Assembly (NCBI GenBank): GCA_903874895.1
Contig: CAIQUG010000007.1
Coordinates: 24,326 to 88,325 of the forward strand
Origin: an uncultured Caulobacterales bacterium
GTDB lineage: Bacteria; Pseudomonadota; Alphaproteobacteria; Caulobacterales; Caulobacteraceae
Direction: 5' to 3'
DNA length: 64,000 nucleotides
Part shown: piece by piece, positions 9,145 through 18,108 of the stretch
Position numbering within the stretch: the stretch's first letter is position 1
How the letters are laid out: each line of letters opens with the position of its first letter
The notes under the pieces: model-generated
The model's database searches: none
Told to the model about the DNA's origin: nothing
The model's input: the letters and a program-made list of their open reading frames with translations, nothing else
Program-made: the position numbers and the translations under genes

Positions 9145-10656
9145 TCAGGCGTCCGCGGGTTCCGGCACCCGTGCGGCGGTCGCGGCCGGGGCGGGGGTGG
9201 CCGGGCGGGCCTTGCGGAATGACATCACCCCATCCGTCACCTTGTCATAGCGCAGGGACATCAGGTCGCGGACGTAGTTCTGCGGCACTGTCCACGGGGC
9301 CTTGTCCCCCTGCTTCGGCATCCGCTCCATGGCCCGGGTCACATAGCCCGCCCCGAAGTCGAGGAAGGGCAGGGCCTTGAGGGTGGGATCGGTGTTCACC
9401 GGCCGGCACTCCGTGGTGCCCGTGCGGCGCATGTGGTTCAGCAGGCGGCAGACATATTCGCTGGTCAGGTCCGCCCGCAGCGTCCACGACGCGTTCACAT
9501 AGCCGAACACGGAGGCGATGTTCGGCACGTCGGAATACATCATCCCCTTGTAGCTGAAGCACTTGCCGAACTCGACCTCGGTCCCGTCGACGGTGACGGG
9601 GATGCCGCTCAGGGCCTGCATCTCCAGCCCGGTGGCGGTGACGATGATGTCGGCCTCCAGCACCTTGCCGGACTTCAACAGGATGCCTGTCTCGGTGAAG
9701 CGGTCGATATGGTCGGTGACCACGGAGGCCTTGCCTGCCTTCAGGGCCTTGAACAGGTCCGCATCGGGCACCAGGCAGACCCGCTGGGTCCACGGATTGT
9801 AGGTGGGCGTGAAGTGGGTCTCCACGTCGAAGTCCGGGCCCAGCTGATCCCGGACCATCTGCAGCATGGTCGCGCGGGTCTTGTCCGGGTTCTTGATGGC
9901 GGCGTTGTAGAAGAAGCGCTGGAAGGCGATGTTGCGGAAGCGGACCACGTCATAGGCCAATTGCCCCGGCAGCCACTTGCGCAGCCACTGGGCACCGGAA
10001 TCCTCCGCCGGGCGGGACACCACATAGGTGGGCGAGCGCTGCAGCATGGTCACGTGCGCCGCCGTGTCGGCCATGGACGGCACCAGCGTCACCGCCGTGG
10101 CGCCGGAGCCGATCACCACGACCGTCTTGCCCGCATAGTCGAGGTCGGTCGGCCAGAACTGGGGATGGATGATGCGACCCTTGAAGTCGCCCTCGCCCTC
10201 GAACTCCGGCCGGTAGCCCTTGGCGTAGTTGTAATAGCCGGTGCACATATAGAGGAAGTTGCAGCTCATCGTGCCCGGAGTCGCGTCCGGACCCTGCGTG
10301 AAGCTGACGGTCCACTTCGACGTCGCGGAGTCCCAGGCAGCCCCGGTCACGCGATGCTGGAAGCGGATGTGCTTGTCGATGCCGAACTCCCGGGCAGTCT
10401 CGTCCAGGTACTTCAGGATGGACGGGCCGTCGGCAATGGCCTTGGCCTCCGTCCACGGCTTGAAGGCGAAGCCCAGGGTGTACATGTCGCTGTCGGAGCG
10501 GATGCCGGGGTAGCGGAACAGGTCCCAGGTGCCGCCAAGGCCGGGACGACCCTCGAAGATGGCATAGCTGCGATCGGGGCACTGGTCCTGCAGATGATAG
10601 GCCGCCCCGATTCCGGAAATACCGGCCCCGACAACCAGCACGTCAAGGTGCTCCAT
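9145..10656 (-). CDS. Baeyer-Villiger-type flavin monooxygenase (EthA-like)
   Basis: FAD fold GAGISGIG. BVMO fingerprint FKGRIIHPQFWP (FxGxxxHxxxWP). Second Rossmann motif VIGSGATA. Confidence 0.85.
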   Translation of the reverse strand: MEHLDVLVVGAGISGIGAAYHLQDQCPDRSYAIFEGRPGLGGTWDLFRYPGIRSDSDMYTLGFAFKPWTEAKAIADGPSILKYLDETAREFGIDKHIRFQHRVTGAAWDSATSKWTVSFTQGPDATPGTMSCNFLYMCTGYYNYAKGYRPEFEGEGDFKGRIIHPQFWPTDLDYAGKTVVVIGSGATAVTLVPSMADTAAHVTMLQRSPTYVVSRPAEDSGAQWLRKWLPGQLAYDVVRFRNIAFQRFFYNAAIKNPDKTRATMLQMVRDQLGPDFDVETHFTPTYNPWTQRVCLVPDADLFKALKAGKASVVTDHIDRFTETGILLKSGKVLEADIIVTATGLEMQALSGIPVTVDGTEVEFGKCFSYKGMMYSDVPNIASVFGYVNASWTLRADLTSEYVCRLLNHMRRTGTTECRPVNTDPTLKALPFLDFGAGYVTRAMERMPKQGDKAPWTVPQNYVRDLMSLRYDKVTDGVMSFRKARPATPAPAATAARVPEPADA

Positions 10657-10789
10657 AGAACGTGTCCCCGTTTGCTGAACCCGGCTCTGCGGCCTGGGTT
10701 ATCGACGTTCACTCTAGCAGCTTTTCCCGGGTCGTCACGTCTCAATCCTGCCGGGCCGAAGCGGTGTTTGTTGGGGGAGGGGCCGGGCG

Positions 10790-11671
10790 TCAACGGGCCT
10801 GGGGCACCAGTGGAGCGACCGGGTTGTGGCCGTGTGGCGCGATCGCCGCAGGTTCGTCCCTTGGCCGGGGAAGGGTCCGGATCGCGTGGCCGTTTCGGTC
10901 GAACAGGGTCACGGGGCCTTTTCCGAACATCCGGCGCCGGACGCCGACCATCAGGGTGTGCTCGCCCCCGTCCAGGGCGGGGACCACCACATTGTAGGTC
11001 CGGCACGCCCCGCCGGACGGACGGTGGGTCATCTGCCCCCGCCTTCGGATGCTGAGCGCCCCCGGACCGTCACTGCCGATGGCGGTCCGGATCGCCGCAA
11101 GGTCGTCCTCCGGTGTCCGCATCCACCAGAACAGGATGGCAATGCCCACGGCCAGGAGGAGGCCGGCCGCCTCGAGGAAGCGGGTCAGCCGGGTCCAGGC
11201 CGCGGCCGTCTCCGCGCGTCGGGCGGCCGGGCTGGCCGACAGGTCAGGCTGGAACACGACGGGGATGCGAACCTGACCGCAGCCTTCCGGGCCGCAGGAC
11301 CCCGTGGTCATCCGGAACTGGGGGGCGAGGCGCCGGGCCGCTGCCCCGAAGCCGTAACCCGCCGGGTCCTCGGAGATGGCGACGCAGTCCGTCACGTGAC
11401 CATCCGGCATCAGGGCGCATTGCAACGTGGCCTTCCCGGCGACGCCCTGCCGTTCGGCATCCGCGGGATACTCATCCTGCATCTGGTCCTGCGACGGGAT
11501 CGCCGCCCAGGCGGGCCGGGGGCGGGGCGGAGATGCGGCCGTGTCTGCCGAGGCGGCCACAGAGGCGGTCGTTCGGCTGTCGGAACCGGCCGCCGTGCCG
11601 GCTGGCACCGGCTGGGCCGCAGCGGCCCCCGCCAAAAGAAAACACACGCAAGCAAGCACACAGGTACGCAT
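10790..11671 (-). CDS. signal-peptide protein with a TonB_C-like domain, one TM helix and a C-terminal cytoplasmic domain of unknown function
   Basis: Signal MRTCVLACVCFLLAGAAAAQP. Pro/Ala-rich linker. The segment YPADAERQGVAGKATLQCALMPDGHVTDCVAISEDPAGYGFGAAARRLAPQFRM resembles a TonB C-terminal domain. It is followed by the TM LLLAVGIAILFWW and about 110 further residues. Confidence 0.6.
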   Translation of the reverse strand: MRTCVLACVCFLLAGAAAAQPVPAGTAAGSDSRTTASVAASADTAASPPRPRPAWAAIPSQDQMQDEYPADAERQGVAGKATLQCALMPDGHVTDCVAISEDPAGYGFGAAARRLAPQFRMTTGSCGPEGCGQVRIPVVFQPDLSASPAARRAETAAAWTRLTRFLEAAGLLLAVGIAILFWWMRTPEDDLAAIRTAIGSDGPGALSIRRRGQMTHRPSGGACRTYNVVVPALDGGEHTLMVGVRRRMFGKGPVTLFDRNGHAIRTLPRPRDEPAAIAPHGHNPVAPLVPQAR

Positions 11672-11758
11672 GGCCGCCAACCCCACCCTTGTCGACTTGT
11701 TAATACTTTCGCATTCCCGGGTGGGGCTGGCAACACCGTGCAGACGCGGCCTTGTGCC

Positions 11759-12532
11759 TCAGCGGGAGCCCTGGCCGTCGTCGACCTTGATCACCGTGCC
11801 GGTGACGGCGTCCGAGGCGGGACCGACGAGGTAGAGCAGGGTCGAGTCCAGCTGGGCGGGATTGCCGATGCGCTTCCTCGGATAGTGGGCGGCGATGTCG
11901 CCCATGCGGGCCAGCATGCCGTCCATCATCTCGCTCTCGAAAGCCCCGGGCGCGATGCCGTTCACGTTGATGTCGAACTTCGCCCATTCCACCGCGAGGG
12001 CCTCGGTCAGGCGCACCACGCCCGCCTTGGTCACGGAGTAGAGGGCCGCGCCCTGGCCGGCATAGGTATAGGCGGCGACGGACGCGATATTGACGATCCG
12101 GCCGGGGGACTTGAGCTCCATCAGCCGCCTGGCAACCTCGCAGGAGAGGATGAACGGCGCGCGGAGATTGATGTCCATCACCCGGTCGATCAGCTCGATG
12201 GACATCTTGGTGGCGCGCTGTGCGTCGGGGATGCCCGCATTGTTGACCAGGATGGTCACGGGACCCAGAGCCGCCTCCACGGTGGGCACGATGGAGGTGA
12301 GCTGGTCGGTGTCGGTGACGTCCAGGGCAAAGGCAGCGGCCTCGCCGCCCTGGCTGCGGATCTCGTCGGCGAGGCCCTCCAGCCGGTCGGTGCGCCGGGC
12401 GGCCAGCGCCACCTTGGCCCCGGCGGCGGCCAGCACCCGCGCAAAGCGAAGGCCGAGCCCCGACGACGCGCCGGTGACGAGCGCCGTCTGGCCGGTCAGG
12501 TTGGTGGAGATGTTGGGCAGGGGATAGGTCAT
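11759..12532 (-). CDS. SDR-family oxidoreductase
   Basis: TGASSGLG cofactor motif, NNAG, and YSVTK (YxxxK) catalytic motif. Confidence 0.9.
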   Translation of the reverse strand: MTYPLPNISTNLTGQTALVTGASSGLGLRFARVLAAAGAKVALAARRTDRLEGLADEIRSQGGEAAAFALDVTDTDQLTSIVPTVEAALGPVTILVNNAGIPDAQRATKMSIELIDRVMDINLRAPFILSCEVARRLMELKSPGRIVNIASVAAYTYAGQGAALYSVTKAGVVRLTEALAVEWAKFDINVNGIAPGAFESEMMDGMLARMGDIAAHYPRKRIGNPAQLDSTLLYLVGPASDAVTGTVIKVDDGQGSR

Positions 12533-12563
12533 GGATCAGGCCTCCGGGCCGATGGGTTGAGGG

Positions 12564-13379
12564 TCAGGAACCGCGATACTGGGGCGGGCGCTTCTCGAGG
12601 AATGCGGCCATGCCCTCGCGGAAGTCGGCGGACTGGCTGCACAGGATCTGGTTGCGGTCCTCCATGGCCACGGCAGCCTCGAGTCCCGGCGCATCCACGC
12701 TCATGTTCAGACATTCCTTGGTCAGGCGAAGACCGATGGGCGTCGTGGTCAGCATCTCGTCCAGATAGGGCCGTGCCGCGTGGGCCAGCTGGTCGTCGGG
12801 CACCACTTCGCTCACCAGGCCGGTCCGCAGGGACCGCTCGGCATTGATGAAGCGGCCGGTCAGCATCAGCTCCGACGCCACCGACACCCCCACCAGCCGG
12901 GGCAGGAAATAGGACGTACCGATGTCGCAGGCGCTGAGGCCGATGCGGATGAAGGCGGCATTCATCCGCGCGCTTTCCCCGGCAAGCCGGATGTCGGAGG
13001 CGAGCGCGAGGGCGAACCCGCCGCCGCAGGCCGGGCCGTGCACCAGGCTGATGATCGGCTGCTGGCAGCGCCGCATGCGCAGCACGATCTCGGAGATCCT
13101 GCGCTGGGACAGAAGCCCCGCCGAGGGACCGGAAGGCGCGTTGTCAGACTGCTGGCGCTGGCTGGCGCTCTCCTTGATGTCGAGGCCCGCACAGAAGGCC
13201 CGGCCCGCGCCGCGCAGCACCACGATGCGGGTGGCGCGGTCGAAATAGAGGGCACCGAAATAGTCCAGCAGGTCGTCCACCATCTGGTGGTTGAGGGTGT
13301 TCAGCTGCTCCGGACGGTTCAGGGTCACCCAGTCGACGGGGCCGTCCTTCTCGATGATCAGGGTCGGGTATCGGGTCAT
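12564..13379 (-). CDS. enoyl-CoA hydratase/isomerase family protein
   Basis: Crotonase signatures: LNRPEQLNTL, GAGRAFCAGLDI, HGPACGGGFALALASD. Start trimmed to the ATG at 13379. Confidence 0.9.
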   Translation of the reverse strand: MTRYPTLIIEKDGPVDWVTLNRPEQLNTLNHQMVDDLLDYFGALYFDRATRIVVLRGAGRAFCAGLDIKESASQRQQSDNAPSGPSAGLLSQRRISEIVLRMRRCQQPIISLVHGPACGGGFALALASDIRLAGESARMNAAFIRIGLSACDIGTSYFLPRLVGVSVASELMLTGRFINAERSLRTGLVSEVVPDDQLAHAARPYLDEMLTTTPIGLRLTKECLNMSVDAPGLEAAVAMEDRNQILCSQSADFREGMAAFLEKRPPQYRGS

Positions 13380-13384
13380 GGCGT

Positions 13385-13426
13385 GCGTCCTTCGAGACGG
13401 GCTTCGCCCTCCTCGGGATGACGAAG
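13385..13426. repeat. solo left arm of the REP/MITE-like element (family also at 28232 and 51748)
   Basis: gcgtccttcgagacgggcttcgccctcctcgggatgacgaag matches the left arm of the other two copies with a few substitutions. No matching right arm follows. Confidence 0.6.
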
Positions 13427-13455
13427 CCATGGATTTTTCAGGGGGGTGTCGGGGA

Positions 13456-14190
13456 TCAGAGGCTCATTCCGCCGTCCACAACCAAGGTGTGACCGTTGAC
13501 ATAGGCCGCCAGCGGCGAGGCGAGGAACAGGGCCGCGCCGGCCATGTCCGCCGGCGTGCCCAAGCGGCCGGACGGGATGGCGGCCAGCGCCCCCTCCCGC
13601 CGCTTGGGATGCTCGGTGGTGACCTTGGTCAGCTTGGTGTCGACCAGGCCGGGGGCCAGCCCGTTGACGCGGATGCCCTCTCCGGCCCAGGCCTGTCCCA
13701 GGGTGCGTGTCAGGCTGATGGCACCGGCCTTGGACGCCGCATAGGCCGGATTGCCGCGATTGGCCTTGAGGCCGGAGATGGAGCTGACGATCACCACGGA
13801 CCCCCGGCTGGCGGCCAGGTCCGGTTTGAAGCGGCGGCAAATGTGCATCAGGCTGTCGAGGTTCACGGCCATGACGTGGTCCCAGCCCTTCCGCTCGAAC
13901 TCGCCGCGATTGTAGACCACGGTGCCCTGGCAAAGGATCAGCACGTCGAGCCCATCGAAGGGGGCAGGGGCCGCATCGATGGCGTCGGGGTCGCCCACAT
14001 CCACCCCGGCATAGGCGAGGCCGCTCAGGTCTGATCCCTGGAGCCCGGCATAGTCCTCCCGCGCCGCCCGGGTGCCCCAGACGCACACCGTTGCGCCGCG
14101 TGCCTTGAAGGCGTGGGCGATGCCGTTGCCGATTCCGCTCGAGCCGCCGACCACCAGGACCCTCTGTCCGGTGAAGTCCGTGTCGCCCAT
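13456..14190 (-). CDS. SDR-family oxidoreductase
   Basis: VGGSSGIGNGIA cofactor motif and YAASK catalytic motif. 244 aa. Confidence 0.9.
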   Translation of the reverse strand: MGDTDFTGQRVLVVGGSSGIGNGIAHAFKARGATVCVWGTRAAREDYAGLQGSDLSGLAYAGVDVGDPDAIDAAPAPFDGLDVLILCQGTVVYNRGEFERKGWDHVMAVNLDSLMHICRRFKPDLAASRGSVVIVSSISGLKANRGNPAYAASKAGAISLTRTLGQAWAGEGIRVNGLAPGLVDTKLTKVTTEHPKRREGALAAIPSGRLGTPADMAGAALFLASPLAAYVNGHTLVVDGGMSL

Positions 14191-14352
14191 GGTCGTCTCC
14201 CGTGTCGTCTTGTGGTTTTCCGCAGCCTGTCACCCTGACGATGGGGAAGGCAACCGTCCGTGAGATGAGCGAAGGCCGTCATAGATACTGGACGGGCAGC
14301 GCTCCGCCGGTTCACACTCGGCGCAACACAACAAAAATCCGGGAGAGACGAC

Positions 14353-15438
14353 ATGAAGGCCGCAGTGCTTCGCCAGGTGGGACAGCCCCTGCAGATCGAG
14401 GACGTGCAGATTTCCAAGCCGGGCCCGCGGGAGGTGCTGATCCGCACCGTCGCCGCCGGCGTCTGCCATTCGGACCTGCACTTCATCGAGGGCAAGTACC
14501 CCACCGTCCTCCCCGCCGTGCTGGGTCATGAGAGCGCCGGCATCGTCGAGCAGGTGGGCTCCGAGGTCCGGACGGTGAAGCCGGGCGACCATGTGATCAC
14601 CTGCCTGTCGGCCTTCTGCGGTCACTGCAAGCACTGCGTCACCGGGCACCTCAGCCTGTGCGACGGGGCCGAGACCCGCCGGGACGAGGGCAATCCCACC
14701 CGCCTCACCCAGAACGGCGAGGCCATGGCCCAGTACCTGAACCTGTCCTCCTTCGCCGAGCAGATGCTGATCCACGAGAACGCCTGCGTGGCCATCCGCA
14801 AGGACATGCCCCTGGACCGGGCCGCCCTGATCGGCTGCAGCGTGATGACCGGCGTGGGGTCGGTGATCCACACCTCCAATGTCCGCCCGGGGGAGACGGT
14901 GGCAGTGATCGGCTGCGGCGGCGTGGGTCTGGCGGCCATCAACGGCGCGGCCATTGCCGGGGCCTCGCGCATCATCGCCATCGACATGTCCCCGTCCAAG
15001 GACAACCTGGCCCGTCACTTCGGCGCCACCGACTTCATCTGCGCGGCGGACACCGATCCGGTGGCCGCGGTGCAGGAGATGACCAAGGGCGGAGTCGACC
15101 ACGCCTTTGAAGCCGTCGGGCTGAAGAAGACCTCCGAGCAGGCCTTCATGATGACCGGCCGCGGCGGGGTGGCCAACATCATCGGCATGGTGCCCATCGG
15201 CCAGACCATCGAGGTCCCGGGCTTCATGTTCCTGGGGGAGCGGCGGCTGCAGGGCTCGCTGATGGGCTCCAACCGGTTCCCGGTGGACATGCCCCGGCTG
15301 GTGGACTTCTACCTCTCCGGCAAGCTGAAGCTGGATGACCTGATCAGCCACCGCATCAAGCTGGACCAGGTCAACGACGCATTTGCCGAGATGAAGACCG
15401 GCAAGGTCGCCCGCTCGGTGATCCTGTTCGACGCCTGA
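14353..15438 (+). CDS. zinc-dependent alcohol dehydrogenase (MDR family)
   Basis: GVCHSDLH zinc-ligand motif, GHESAG, structural-zinc Cys cluster CGHCKHCVTGHLSLC, and the GCGGVG Rossmann motif. Confidence 0.9.
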   Translation: MKAAVLRQVGQPLQIEDVQISKPGPREVLIRTVAAGVCHSDLHFIEGKYPTVLPAVLGHESAGIVEQVGSEVRTVKPGDHVITCLSAFCGHCKHCVTGHLSLCDGAETRRDEGNPTRLTQNGEAMAQYLNLSSFAEQMLIHENACVAIRKDMPLDRAALIGCSVMTGVGSVIHTSNVRPGETVAVIGCGGVGLAAINGAAIAGASRIIAIDMSPSKDNLARHFGATDFICAADTDPVAAVQEMTKGGVDHAFEAVGLKKTSEQAFMMTGRGGVANIIGMVPIGQTIEVPGFMFLGERRLQGSLMGSNRFPVDMPRLVDFYLSGKLKLDDLISHRIKLDQVNDAFAEMKTGKVARSVILFDA

Positions 15439-15459
15439 CCCCGAAGGACTTTACAGGGA

Positions 15460-15496
15460 CCGGATAATATGGCGCGATAGACGCCAATTTATCCGG
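15460..15496. promoter_or_regulatory. nested inverted repeat between adh and the GST-like gene (terminator or operator)
   Basis: CCGGATAAtatGGCGcgatagaCGCCaatTTATCCGG has an 8-bp outer and a 4-bp inner stem. There is no T-tract. Confidence 0.3.
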
Positions 15497-15540
15497 TCGC
15501 CTGCCAGGCGCGACTGAACCGGGAAGAGGATGCGACGATC

Positions 15541-16572
15541 ATGACCATCGAACAGCCGGTCACCCTGAGCGGGTCCCCCGGCTCGCCCTACACCCGCAAG
15601 ATGCTGGCGGTCCTGCGCTATCGCCGCATCGCCTATCGCTTCCTGGCCGGGTCCCGGGGCCTCGAGGGGCTGCCCCAGCCGAAGGTGCGGCTGCTGCCGA
15701 CCTTCTATCTTCCGGACGAGGGCGGCACCCTGCAGGCGGTCACCGATTCGAGCCCGATCATCCGGCGCTTCGAGACGGCCTTCGCGCCTCGGCCGGTCAT
15801 CCCGCACGACCCGGCGCTGGCCCTCCTCGACGCCCTGATCGAGGATTACGGCGACGAGTGGATGACCAAGATGATGTTCCACTATCGCTGGCATTTCGCT
15901 GCGGACATCGCCAAGTCGGCCTCGGTACTCCCCAACTGGATGGGCAAGCCTCTGTCGGACGAGGAGCTGGCGGCCCTGGGCAAGGTCTTTTCCGAGCGGC
16001 AGATCGGCCGTCTGCGCTTCGTCGGTTCCAACGAAGTCACCGCCACCACCATCGAGGACAGCTACAAGCGCCTTCTGGCGGTCCTGAACCGGCACCTGGC
16101 CTCCCACAGCTTTGCCCTGGGCGCCCGCCCGGGGGCGGGGGATTTCGGCATGTTCGGCCAGCTGACACAGCTCGCCCATTTCGACCCCACCCCGATGGCC
16201 CTCGCCGGCGAGACCGCGCCCCGGGTGGTGGCCTATGCCGCCGCGATCGAGGACCTGTCGGGTCTCGAACCAAAGGCCGAGGACTGGTTCGACCCCGCGG
16301 CCCTGCCGACCACGGTGGGCGATCTGCTGGCGGAGATCGGCCGGGTCTACGCCCCCCTGCTCATGGCCAACGCCCGGGGCGTCATGTCGGGTGCGGACAG
16401 CGTGGAGACGGTGATCGACGGCCGCAAGTGGGTGCAGCAGCCCTTCCCCTACCAGGCCAAGTGCCTCAACTGGCTGCGGCAGGACTATCAGGCCTTGGCT
16501 CCTGATCGTCGGGCGGTGGTGGACAAGGCGCTGGCAGGCACGGGCTGCGAAGTGATGTTCGGGGACCTGTGA
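15541..16572 (+). CDS. glutathione S-transferase-like protein (GST_N-type N-terminus, long C-terminal domain)
   Basis: 343 aa. Thioredoxin-like N-terminus: [24 protein letters not shown]...VTDSSPI. The stop overlaps the start of the next gene (GTGA). Confidence 0.65.
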   Translation: MTIEQPVTLSGSPGSPYTRKMLAVLRYRRIAYRFLAGSRGLEGLPQPKVRLLPTFYLPDEGGTLQAVTDSSPIIRRFETAFAPRPVIPHDPALALLDALIEDYGDEWMTKMMFHYRWHFAADIAKSASVLPNWMGKPLSDEELAALGKVFSERQIGRLRFVGSNEVTATTIEDSYKRLLAVLNRHLASHSFALGARPGAGDFGMFGQLTQLAHFDPTPMALAGETAPRVVAYAAAIEDLSGLEPKAEDWFDPAALPTTVGDLLAEIGRVYAPLLMANARGVMSGADSVETVIDGRKWVQQPFPYQAKCLNWLRQDYQALAPDRRAVVDKALAGTGCEVMFGDL

Positions 16573-17384
16573 CGACGGCGCTCATCCCGGCCGGTGTCTA
16601 TCGACTGGGATCCGACCGCCACTATCCGGAGGAGCGCCCGGTACGGGAGGTCGCGGTGGCGGCCTTCCGCATCGACCTCGCCCCCGTGACCAACGCCCGG
16701 TTCAGCGCCTTTGTCGCGGCCACCGGCCATGTGACCTTTGCGGAGCGGGCGGACCCGGCGGGCTCCGCCGTCTTCGTCCCGACCGCCGGGCCGGTCGACC
16801 TGACCGATCCGACAGCCTGGTGGTCCTTCCGCCGGGGGACCAGCTGGCGGTCGCCGTCGGGGCCGGGCTCGGACCTGGCCGGACGCCATGACCATCCCGT
16901 GGTGCACGTGACCCTCGAGGACGCCAAGGCCTATGCGGCCTGGGCGGGCGCGCGCCTGCCGACGGAAGCGGAGTGGGAGGTGGCGGCCCGGGGTGGCCTC
17001 GTGGACGCCGACTATGCCTGGGGTGAGGCGTTTTCTCCCGACGGGCAGCTGATGGCCAATGTCTGGACCGGAGCCTTCCCTTGGTATTTCGCCCGGGAGG
17101 GTGGGGCGGGCACGACCCCGGTCGGGCAGTTTCCGCCGAACGGCCACGGGCTGTCCGACATGATCGGCAATGTGTGGGAGTGGACCACCTCGCCCTTCGA
17201 TCATCGCGACGTCGGTGGATGCTGCGGGGTGGCGACCGGGGACGCTCTGGTGGCGCTGAAGGGAGGATCCCATCTCTGCGCCGGGGAATATTGCGCCCGG
17301 TATCGCCCTGCGGCGCGGATCGGCCTGTCGTCAGAGACCTCCACCGGGCATGTGGGCTTTCGATGTGTCGCTTTCGAAGGCTGA
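16569..17384 (+). CDS. formylglycine-generating enzyme (FGE/SUMF1 family)
   Basis: 271 aa. Motifs seen: [36 protein letters not shown]. The paired catalytic cysteines are present in [19 protein letters not shown], followed by the terminal VGFRCV. GTG start. Confidence 0.85.
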   Translation: MTTALIPAGVYRLGSDRHYPEERPVREVAVAAFRIDLAPVTNARFSAFVAATGHVTFAERADPAGSAVFVPTAGPVDLTDPTAWWSFRRGTSWRSPSGPGSDLAGRHDHPVVHVTLEDAKAYAAWAGARLPTEAEWEVAARGGLVDADYAWGEAFSPDGQLMANVWTGAFPWYFAREGGAGTTPVGQFPPNGHGLSDMIGNVWEWTTSPFDHRDVGGCCGVATGDALVALKGGSHLCAGEYCARYRPAARIGLSSETSTGHVGFRCVAFEG

Positions 17385-17493
17385 ACTGTCCGATAGGCCG
17401 TCGGGGAGGCAACAGCTAGTTGTGTCCGGACGATTTCTGCTATCGCTCAATGAGGCCCTTCCGCGGGCTGATGCACACAAGGCTTGATTCCGC

Positions 17494-18099
17494 ATGACCA
17501 TGAGCGCTGCCCGACCCGACACTGACATTCCGGACACGGTCACCGATGGTCGTCGTCTGCGGTCTGCGGACAGTCGTCGCCGGATCGTCGCGGCCCTGAT
17601 GCAGCTGGTGGAAGCCGGGGACCTGGAGCCCAGTGCCGAGTCCGTGGCCGAGAAGGCCGGTGTCGGTCTGCGCAGCGTCTTCCGTCACTTCAAGGACATG
17701 GAAGGCCTGCGCCGGGAGATGAACGCCATTGTCGAGGCGCGCCTCCGGGGCATCATCGAGAACCCTCTCCCCGGGAGCAACTGGCGGGAACGGCTGGACG
17801 CCCTGATCACCCGCCGCGTCGAGGCCTTCGAGACGGTGATGCCCTATCGCCGGGCGGCCAACGCCCAGCGGCACCGGTCAGACCTGATCCAGGCCAAGAG
17901 TGCGGAGTTGAACCGGGTGCTGCGCGCGGCCCTTGTGGGCGTGTTGCCGTCCGGTCTGGACGACGACACCTTCGACGCCCTGGACCTGGCCCTGTGCCTG
18001 GAGAGCTGGATCCGCCTGCGCCACGATCAGGGCCTCGATGCCTCCCGCGCCCGTCGGGTCATGGCCCGCGCCGCCGAGGCCCTGCTGGCCGGGCGGTGA
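17494..18099 (+). CDS. TetR-family transcriptional regulator
   Basis: 201 aa with the N-terminal HTH region SAESVAEKAGVGLRSVFRHFKDMEGL. Confidence 0.85.
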   Translation: MTMSAARPDTDIPDTVTDGRRLRSADSRRRIVAALMQLVEAGDLEPSAESVAEKAGVGLRSVFRHFKDMEGLRREMNAIVEARLRGIIENPLPGSNWRERLDALITRRVEAFETVMPYRRAANAQRHRSDLIQAKSAELNRVLRAALVGVLPSGLDDDTFDALDLALCLESWIRLRHDQGLDASRARRVMARAAEALLAGR

Positions 18100-18108
18100 G
18101 CCCTCGGA

